This document shows, piece by piece, positions 39,751 through 50,208 of a DNA stretch of 54,654 bases. The position numbers and the translations under genes were made by a program. This DNA is from Sarea resinae. Lineage: Eukaryota. Below the pieces are notes generated by a model that ran no database searches, was not told where the DNA came from, and worked only from the letters and a program-made list of their open reading frames with translations. The stretch covers positions 62,001 through 116,654 of the forward strand of contig JAPEUD010000073.1 in assembly GCA_026026165.1 (NCBI GenBank), in the 5' to 3' direction. Positions within the stretch are counted from its first letter, which is position 1, and each line of letters starts with the position of its first letter.

Positions 39751-41492
39751 ACAAATCCAACAAACAATCCATATCTACTGTATCTACCCAATCAAATCGA
39801 GAGCGTTTAATTCTTGATTCCCCATATCAACGAATCATTCGGCTGCCTCTCCCGAGTCTCGTCTTACGTTCCAAGTTGTGCGCTCATCAGTCGACAGTCT
39901 GCTGTTGGCTTAGTTCGATCTGTCGCGAAGGAGGAAGAGCAGATGATGCTGGAGGATGAAGACACAAAGCAAAGGTAAATTGGTGACCTGGGCTATCGTC
40001 TCTGAGCTGAAGGTGATTTGAAGCTTTGAGATGCTCATCCATGCCGATTACCCTGAAATTAAAACTCCACTCGAACGATAGGGTAGTTCACCGACTCGCC
40101 GTCTCCAAACAAACATTGTCTCTTCCCTCGCTCAATACTTCATGTACAATGTCAAGGACAATGAGTCTAGGTCGCGATCCCAGAGAACGGCAAAAAAACG
40201 CGGCAGCTTAGAGACAAGGGTTTGGTACAGACGCTAAGGGCGGTTTGTCGAGGCACGGGCAACTCGAAGGAGCCTTCGATCAGATTATCATCTTGCAGGC
40301 AAATTGTCTACCCAAACCCTGATGGAAATGACATCCATGGATGGCAAAATGCAAGCGGTTGACTGTAAGCCCCACCGATGATATCATTGGACGCGTGTAT
40401 GTTGGATGCGGAAAAATGATAAGCAAGGGCATTCCTACAGCAAACCCGTGTAGAAATCATGCTGATTTGGATGTTCCAGATTAGTTGGTGGGGTCGCTTC
40501 CGTTTCACCGGGAGTTATACGAAGGCTGACCCGCAGCCGCTAGGGTTGGACCGTCGGAGCTATTCCCGGCGGGTCAGCCGAGCACCTACTCGGAGTAGCT
40601 TTCGCCCGCCTCAGTTTCTCAACTCGGACTTATCGTCGACAGATCAAGCTTTCAGCTAGCTCCTCGCTTTGACTGAACCCTACCTACCACGCTACGAAGG
40701 TTGGTAGGGCAAATAGTGTATGTTACATCTCCGGCATAGGGGTGGCACGGAGCAAGTTTGGGGGGGCTTATCAGGGGTAATCCTACGTTGATGCCCTATG
40801 GAGGTGCTCCGTGCCAGCCTCGGGCTACCCCTATGCCTGAAATGTAACCTGTTGCACCCCACCGATCGTCATCGATTATGGCATCTTCCATGGAGTTGGC
40901 GATAGCTGCAATTCGCCGCTCTATCCGCGACTACGTCAGGCTTTAAGCTATCATTAGCGTAAATCGAGACGACGTCTGGCTCCGGCATCGAATCTTGTTG
41001 CATGCGAACAGGTCTGTGCACAATACAATCTCATGAACTGTATACCAGAGCACACGTTATTAGAGAGATTGTGCACAGACCTGTTCGCGAGCTTGTTGCC
41101 CCCCACTGCAGGATTAAGGCTACGAGAATTTTGGAACCTGTAGGTGATTTATCCAACTTCGAATATAGTACCGTACAGAGCGGCAGAGACTGAATTGGGC
41201 TCCGCTACTCATACAGTGCGGCGGGGATACAAAGCTCCTAATTCCGCCTTGCTAGCTGCGTTATTCGACCTGCGCTGTCCTTCTGCAGGGTACCGTTTTT
41301 AGTAGTTTACTTCTGTCCTGCATATCTTGTCGGAATACAATATGTAGACGAATTACAAGCAAGTCCTTCAGAGGGCGCTACCCTTTTGGCTTGTTGTCCG
41401 ACATATCTCCCAGAGATAAAGCAAGCTCCTTCTCTTGACAAGGAGCATTAGCCAATTAGACAAGGCCGACTATACTTAATCCATACATTAGG

Positions 41493-41700
41493 CAGGTCGC
41501 CCGTCTTGTACAGGCGCCCCTATCGATCTGAATCTCTAGCGCTGCCGCGTAGCAGCTATGACGGATTAACCCTAAATTTCTCAGGGACCTAAGTACGTGC
41601 GAGGATCGTGCCCCTCAGACTAGCCAGCGCTCTCACCGAGGGATGTGAGTTTGATTTGATTAGGGGGTCCGCCACCAACTTACGAATTCGATTACCCCGC
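41493..41700 (-). pseudogene. Decayed NRPS adenylation-domain fragment
   Basis: The minus strand reads PEKFRVNPS*LLRGSARDSDR*GRLYKTGDL (A7 motif). It is preceded by frameshifted pieces resembling WVADP, LTSLGE, EG.ILAR and YLG. Confidence 0.7.
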
Positions 41701-42360
41701 TCATGCAGTCAGACTGTATGGGTAGCCTCTCTACTATACACATACTGAACTACGGTTGAGCAAGCGGCGCAGGCCCTACTTACGTAGGTTTGTATCTGTT
41801 TGGGATCCGCCGCCGCGCCGCTAACAATCTAACGTTACAACTCGCTCTGCGCCGCTGCCCTACTATCAGAACCCCACGCAGCTACAGCATACTATAGTAG
41901 TGATAACGAGACTTTAGCTAGACAGATTATACAGGTGACACTTAGAATTAGAAGCAGAGCAAAGTTAATCACCTGGCGCTTAATATAATAGCTAGTAGGT
42001 CTTCTGTTTGCTTACTCTATAGTAACGCAGATACAGCCCTTATATATAAGAAAAGTAATATTTTTAAAGATAAAAAGCACTAAAAGTGTTTTAGAAGTAT
42101 TAGAGCACCTTAAACATGTTAGTAAATATTGTACTAGATCTTAGCTTAAAAACAAGATAGCTTATAATATAACATTTAAAAGGTTAAAAAGATACTTTTT
42201 AACTAGCTAAATATTATCAATTAAATGTAGCTACTAATACCTAGCTACTTACTAAACCTATCTCTTTCTAAACACTTTTAAGTAAAAATTTATCTTTACC
42301 TAATTACAATTATTATACTACATATTATATATTAGACACTTAATTTATATTAAAAAGACA

Positions 42361-42545
42361 TATTAGAATTATAACCTTAATTCTAGTCACTCTTAAGTAT
42401 CTAGACTATTATAGACTATTATAAGATAGTATAGATATATTTAAAAGCTTCTATACACTTATAGAAGCTAATAGAATATTATAGACCTCTATAGAATCTT
42501 ATAGAAACATTTTAGAAGATTCTATAGCTATACTAACTAAGTATT
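42361..42545 (+). mobile_element. Truncated, heavily RIPped copia LTR of the same family as 49806-50208 and 54530-54654
   Basis: Starts tattagaattataaccttaattctagtcactcttaagtatctagact, nearly identical to the LTR start at 54530. Confidence 0.85.
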
Positions 42546-45500
42546 ATAATATGCTAACTACCTTAGTACTATATCAGGTTATTTTAAAACTGTGTTAAAA
42601 CTGTGTTATTACTACTATAGGTGTTAACACCTATAGAAATTGTAAGACAGTACTATAAAAGTGTTGATTTTTAACACAGTTACTAACACCTATAGGTGTT
42701 AAACACCTTCTAAGTGTTAACACTGCTTAACTTTTTGTTAGAAGGTAGCACAAAGATATAAGTAAAGGAAGGTGCTAAAGAAGTATAGTATAGAATAATT
42801 GTGTATTATAAACTTAGAGATTCTAGCTATAGAGGTGTAAGGCAGTTAATATATAGACTTAACTAACTTACTAGAAACTTCTAGTAATAACTAATTACAT
42901 AAGTGATTTGTAAGCAATAGGCTAATAATAATATATACTTTGTAAGAAAGTTAAGGGATAGTTGTATAACTCTTATATTATAGAGTTCTATAGATATCTA
43001 TAGGCTAGTATATAGGTTAGGTTAAACAGATTAAAGGCTGTATTTACTAACTCTATATAGGTTTCTAGAGTGAACAGATTATAGATATAAAATCTAATCT
43101 AGTAGTAAATCAGGTTGGTTTTTCCTTAGCACTACTACATATGATCTTAAAATAGCTTACAGTTAATAGAAATATATATGAGTTAGTGTTATAGAATTTA
43201 CATATTATAATGTTCCTTAGATTATAATTAAAATGATTTACTAGGGTTTACCTCTATTAATTTATTGTTAAAGGTAATAACTAATAGTAACACTTATTAT
43301 AAAGAAAAGATCTGTAAACCTATTGCCTTTATACCTCTTTTGCCTTTAAACCCCTAAGAAAAATATGCTTATTAAGCGCTATAACCACTTAGTAAACACT
43401 ATATAACTATTTAGAGTAGACTGCTAAATTCTCTATTATCTTCTTTACTAATTGCATGTCTTTCTACTAGATTATAACTCTATTAGCATAGATAGCTATA
43501 TTATTAGAGTCTAAAAAGAGTGTTACTATATGCTGTTACTTTAGAACATTAAGCTTGACTTACTATTAAAGAAGCTAGATATATAAAGTTCTATCGCTTC
43601 TTAAATAGTATTAATAGCAGAGCCTTAGAAATAAAAAGACTTAGATAGATGCAGATTAGTTACTACTTTTTAGACTAAGCAGCAGAATACTATCTTTAGC
43701 AATAAGAGTTAGCTGCCTTTTTAATAGTATTTTATCTAATAAAGCACGCTTGCTAGAAGACATTGTGTTACTAATATATATTACTATAGAATAGTAGATA
43801 AAGAACTTACTACCTAGTTTAGTCTTCCTATAGACATTATTTATTACTAGCTTAGCTATAGTAAAAGCTTTATTCCTAGCTAAGGTATTATAACGCTACT
43901 TATCCTATTTCTTATAGCGCTTATTAAAGCTCTTATAGTATTTGTCTTATCTACTCTAATATAACTTTATAACCTTAGAGAGAGCAAGATAGTTAAAGTT
44001 AAAGCGCTTTATATATTGCTTAGTGCGCTCTATAATTGCTGTTTAAGTAAGAGTTAGTTACTATATTCTGTTACTATTAAAAAGACTTATATAGAGTAGA
44101 CTTAATAATAATAATAAGATTTAGTGATAATAATAAGACTTAAGGATAATAATAAGACTTAATAATAATAATAATAAGACTTAATAATAGTGTAAGATCT
44201 ATAAAACAGATTAGTGTTACTAGATGCTATTACCTTATAATCTTAGATTATAACTCACTTGACTTTAGAGAATAGTAAGGTAAAGTAGAATTAATAGCTC
44301 TAATTAAGCAGGTATATATATGCTAGTTACCTTTCTAAGTTACTAGCTAGGATATTAAAGAAGTATAATAATCTAAAGGAAATCTATAGAGGTATAATAG
44401 CTAAAAGAAAGAGGTAGTAAGGTAAAGGTGTATAGGTAGTAAGAGAAAGATTTAGCACTTAGATATATAGGTAAGTAAAAGTGTAGTAGTATAGTATACT
44501 GTGTGTGCTAGTAGTGCAACTCTATATAAGGATTAAGTTTTAGCATAAAAATCATTAAACATCTTAAATATAGTGAATGCAAAAAACAGTGAATGCAGTA
44601 TATACTATAGAGTTATATAACTTTAAAAGCATAATACTTACAGCTTTTAACCTTTTTCTTCTTTAACTCTTCTTACTTCTTTCTTTAACTAATTACTTAC
44701 TACTTATAACTTCTTCTATCTCCTCTACTATTTATTTTTTCACTAATTGTCTACAAACTTAATTTCTATCCTCTCTAGACATTGCACTATATAATAGTAA
44801 TAGTATATAGTAACTAAGAATAAAAGTCTATACTATATTAGCTAAAAATCTAAATTTAGAAAAAGGATACCTAATTTCTCTACTAAAACTTTTTAGAAGA
44901 GCATACTTTTATTACCTTAGTAAGTTCTACTATTATATTACATGATAGTAACTACAAATAGTAACTAACACTTAAGTTAAAAGAAATTTAGATACAGATT
45001 CCTAATCTAATAAAGGTTATTAATCTGATTTAATAATCTTAATCTAATCTAATAATCTTAATCTAATCTAATAATCTTAATCTAATAAGACTTAAGATGT
45101 CTAGAAAGGAGATTAAGATAAAAAAAGTAACGCTTATTAGTAATATCTTTGTATAGAGCACTTACTAACTCTAATAGGATAACAATATAATAGATATAAT
45201 TATAGACACTAAAATAGATAAAGAGACTGCTACAGTATTAGCTAAATATAATGCTAGGTTCTCTATACAAAAGGTAATAGTCTTTAGTAACACTTTTAAC
45301 TATATAACTAACTTGTCTTAGAAACAACATAGGCTATATAAGAAGAGCAATAAAGATAAAATTAAGGTGTAAAAGGACTATAGCTAGTACTCTACTAAGG
45401 CCTTTACTTCTTATACTTAGAATGTAAAGTCTTAGATAACTCTAGATAAGCTAACACTAATAAAGGCTAGAGTAGCAGACTAAAAAGCTAAACGTAATAC

Positions 45501-46799
45501 TAAGGTTGCTCTACTTAAAACAGCTACCTATTAAGAGGCTAGTAAAGATAAGAAGGCTTAGATACTAGTTAAGCGCTTTAAGCTGTTAAAAGAGAAGAGA
45601 TAGAAAGAGAAGAGATCTTTAGTGTAGATTAAGTCTAAGATTATAGCTAGATTAAACAAAGAGAAGTAAGAAGCTAAAGAGAAATTTAACAAAATAGCTA
45701 AGGCTAGGCTAGCTAATAAAGTCTTAGAGCTAAGCTAAAAGGTAACTGATTTTAGTAACGCTTTTTTAATTATATAACGCTAATAAAATAACAGACACTC
45801 TCTCTAAAGACTAATAACAAAGGAGGAATAGCAGATGCTTTATATAAGTGTATAGCCTCTTTTATCTGCAAATAAGAGCAAGAGATCTACACTACCTTCT
45901 AGACTAGAATCTTAATAGCTAGCTCTAAAGATATAGAAATAGAGCTTTAGCGCTTTCTAGCTAATTGCAAATATCCTAAGGCTCTTCTAAACCCTAGAGA
46001 TATAACAGATTCTAAGAGTAAGGCCTTATTAGTTAGCAGCAATAATATTAAAGTAGTGATTAGTGATAATAAGGTTACTCTTAGAGAAGAAAGTAATAAC
46101 AGTTTTATTAATAAGTTAGATATAGAGGATAATAACAAACTAGACAATATTAATAAAGGAGATAAAGAGAGACTAGCTAGTAGCTTATCTAATGTAGCTA
46201 TAGATAATTAGAGGGTTACTAAATTGCATTACCTTTCTTAGATAATTAGTAGTAGCTTTTATTAGTAATAAGGGCTTAGGAGTTACTAAAATGCGTTACT
46301 AGTCTAAGATAGATATTAGTAGATTTTGTAGCTTCTTTACTACATATTTAGAGAATAGATTATAAACTCTTATTATTAATATACCTCTCTAATCCTAAGC
46401 AGTGTATATATACTAAGTCGCCTTACTTTCTTTAGTGACCTTTTACTATGCTAAAACAAGCACTAAGTAGAAGTAGTAAAACACTAATAATATATCCTTT
46501 GTTATAACTAGCACTATCTGTAGTTTAGTCTCTTTCTTAGCTAGTAGGTCTGTTCTAATAGCCTAATATTAGTATTATGCTACTTGTGCTTTACATTTGC
46601 TATTACTAATTATTATTACTTTACTTAACTCCTATACTAGCCTTCTTTTTACACGTTGTTATAGAGCTAATTACAGCTAGCTATATAGTTTTAACGTGTT
46701 ATGTTTGTGTTTTTACTTCTCTATATATACCTATAATATAGTCTCTTTACTATAGTGTCTATATATTGTTATACTAGCCTCTACACCTAGGTTATATAA

Positions 46800-49330
46800 T
46801 AGCAACTACAACTTTAAGCTAGAAGAGCTTAGCTTCCTCTACCTCTTATACAATTAGCTAGGAGTTAGACCTATAATTAGGTATATACTCTTAATTCTAT
46901 TTAAGTAACAACAATTAGTAATGCAAATTAGAGTCTCTACTCTCTAAGAGAGTTAAGGCCCTTATTACACTTAGTTGCACTTCTTATTATTGCTATATTA
47001 TCTTTAATAGTAACAAGTTAGCTACGTTTCTTACCTAGTAGACTAATACAAAATATAGTGCTAATCTTACACAATTTAAGAATCTACTATAGGATTTAAT
47101 ATAGAGATACAGCAAATACTAGGAATATTTCGACTAATATATAAAAAGCAATAATAGACAACTAGCTATTTGCTGCAGACTATATAGCTTTATCTTAAAG
47201 CATCTATTAATAAAGAACACTAGAATATTAGTACTAAAGAACTACCTAATAACATAGTAATACATTAAGAAAAAGCAGTTAAGTGTATAGATAACGCTTA
47301 AGATAAGTCTCTAGGTATATATTGTCTCTAATGTTATAACAACAAATAGTAACACGCTTTCTCTAGAAACAGCAAAAGACTTCTGCTTAAGATAATCTTC
47401 TTATATTCACTTAAGAGTAATAGGAGAAACAACTTCTAAACATAGTTATTAATCTAAATCTACTGTTCTATACTGTAGAGAATGCTTAGTTCTAAAGAAC
47501 ATTATATATGCTTTGTCCTACTCTCTATATCTAAAGGCAGTCTGCAATTTAAGTATATATCTCTAATTATATTTGCAATATTAAGGCAGCCCTTCTAAAA
47601 GACCTTAGTCTAATAGCAAAGGTTTCTATTGCTCTAGATTACTAGATATTACTAAATAATCTTTTGTTTATAGCAATAATAGGATACTATATCTCTTCTA
47701 ACTAGTCCTACTATAAAGTGCTACTTAGCTTTAAGTATATAACTTAGTAGTATATAGAGCAACGCCTTATAGAGACAGTCTATAGTGTTCTATAGCAATA
47801 CAAACTTTAGGTAAGTTCTAGTGCCCTATTAAAGAATAGTGCTTATATTATCTTAGAGGTGTTTACTTAGCCTTACTACAGATAATACTGCAAATAATAG
47901 CACATTAAAAACAGCCCTTTATAATATCCTCTTTAAAAGAGAGGATTTTAACTAGAACCTAGCTACCTCTGCTGTTCTATATATAGCACATGTTATTTAA
48001 CTTGTTATAACTGCACTTCTTAAGTCACTCTTAGCAATTACAACAAACAATATAGCTGTAACAATGTAGGAAGAAACAAAGCTTAAGGATATAACTAATA
48101 GTGTTATTACATTTAGCAATACACTCTAGAAAGTACCTCTATAGTAACTGCAGATAGTAACGCTCTTACTTATATATGTCTTTAGGTCTACTAAATCACT
48201 GTTGCTATCTAAGCATTGCTTTAGCGCCTTAAAAGGTTTCTTAATATCTAAGGTAGTAAAGCCTTACATTCTATTTAAGATGTTTACACCTAATAGAACT
48301 TAATATTTAATATACTTACCTATGCCTTAGTACTATAACATGCAATTAATAAGCTAGTTTAAAGCAAAGAATTATCTTAGATCACTAAAAAGCTTTAATT
48401 AAATAACACTAAGTAGAAGTAAGTAGAGTATCTAATTGCTATTCTACAACTATTTAAGGTGTAGACTAAAGCTCTTTCTATAACTAGTAGAGTTATAATT
48501 TATCTCACTTAGTTTGTATATAGAAAACTCTTTAATCACTTTAAGTCTTAAAAGGCTTAGCTTCTAGAGAAGAATATTCTATAGAAATAAGGCCTTAGTA
48601 AAGCAATTAAAGCTTTACTATCTTACCTAAGCAAATACTATAGTGTAACAACAGATAGTAGTAAGGAGCTATATAGTCTTACTTATATTCTAGACCTAAA
48701 GTAAAAACTTAATACATATAAAGTAATGCTATCTTATAACGCTTATAGAGATATTACTAACTTCTCTCTTCTACTCTTCTAGAGTCTAGACTAGAGCGCA
48801 ACTTATATAAAGAAGTATTAGCAACAGTTTCTACAGTATTATAGAGCTAACTACTAGAAATTTAAGAGTAGCACTCTATATATTACTCTAACACTAACGC
48901 CTCTTTATCTAACCCTTAATTCACTTGCTTTTATAGATTAGCAGAAGTTTGTATTACAGAATAGAAGACTTACTAAGGCTATAAGATACCTTTCTATACC
49001 TGTCTCCTCTACTACTTATTAAACACTACTTAAGGTAAGTAACAAAATATTGTAACGCTTTAAACTTGCTAACTTATAATTAGTCTTAGTAACACTCTAT
49101 AGTTAAACTCCTAACAATTAAGCAAGTAGTAAGAGACATTCTAGCAGCTCTAGTCTTAACAGTTAGAGTTAAGCAATGCTTTAATATTGTATGCAATATT
49201 ATTTACTATTGCTAAAGCAACCTAAACTCTAATACAATTTAGAGCCTAATAATAATTTGTCACTATAAACGCTATATCTTCTTGCAGCAAAGTCTAACTA
49301 AGGACACAAGTGCTAATAAGATAAGGAATA
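46800..49330 (+). mobile_element. RIP-degraded hAT-family transposase pseudogene
   Basis: TTDNTANN at about 47875, VLYIAHVI*LV (from CxAHxxQL) at about 47975, and a dimerisation-domain-like LAALVLTVRVKQCFN..NLNSNTI at about 49140-49250. It contains intron-like segments. Boundaries are approximate. Confidence 0.75.
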
Positions 49331-49805
49331 CCTTTAATAGTAAAAATTATAATAGTAAGGTTGCTAAGAGTTGCTATATTAGTAAAGAGAAAGATAGTAG
49401 TAGGTAAGGGCAGCCTAAGCCTACCTAAAAAATATTAAGGCAAGGAACGCTACATTGTGTCTAATATAGTGCTTCTATCTCTAGGACTTATAACTCCTTA
49501 TATAACCTAAGCTTATTAGAGGATAAATTAGGTTCTTAAGTAGTTAGAAGACTACACTAGATACAAGTAGATAAGACACCTATTCTAGTTAAGTAGGCCT
49601 CTTATATAATTTAGATCTAGCCACTATTAAGATTGTATCTATAATTCTATTAGAATGCACTATCTACTATATAGCAGAAAAGTAACGTTATTACTATTGC
49701 TTCTATTTTCTTATATTGCTTGTACTTTTGTTGTTACCTTTTGTTGTTACCTAAGGTGCTATAACTATGTATTATTTAATCAGTATCTATAGACCTCTAG
49801 TCACA

Positions 49806-50208
49806 TGTTAGATTATAATGGATTACTTAGGTTAGGTTGACTATTGTTCTACTAACACACTATTAGTTAATAGGTTACTAGACTAGCCTTATCTAGTCTG
49901 TAAGCCTTATCTGCAGAACTATTAGATTGACAAATCCAGTTAGAGCGGCCACCCTAGATATCTAGGAGATTCTATAGACTTCTAGACAGTTCTAAAACAT
50001 TCTAGAGAGTTCTAGAAGGTTCTAGATGCTTAGTCAGCATACCTATAGAATCTTCTAGAATGTTCTATAAGATTCTATAGAGTTCTATTATGTTCTATTA
50101 GCTTCTATAGGTCTGTAGAAGCTTCTAGATGTATCTATACTGTTATATAACATTTTGTAACAGTCTAGATACTTAAGAGTGACTAGAATTAAGGTTATAA
50201 TTCTAACA
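49806..50208 (-). mobile_element. 3' LTR of the copia element (403 bp)
   Basis: Inverted termini TGTTAGA...TCTAACA, a polypurine tract (aagggggtg) directly upstream on the minus strand and an internal 10-bp ttctaga array. Confidence 0.88.

Noticed and set aside
41566..41575. TAACCCTAA, the template sequence of filamentous-fungal telomerase RNA
   Set aside because: It falls inside the NRPS relic (codons F-R-V-N on the minus strand), and the downstream sequence that should hold the rest of the RNA is RIPped TE.
40843..41839. TGTAAC...GTTACA as a solo gypsy LTR
   Set aside because: There is no target-site duplication and the interval contains NRPS-derived sequence.
49950..50130. Regularly spaced ttctaga repeats as a CRISPR-like array
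   Set aside because: The period is 10 bp with no spacers, inside a eukaryotic LTR.
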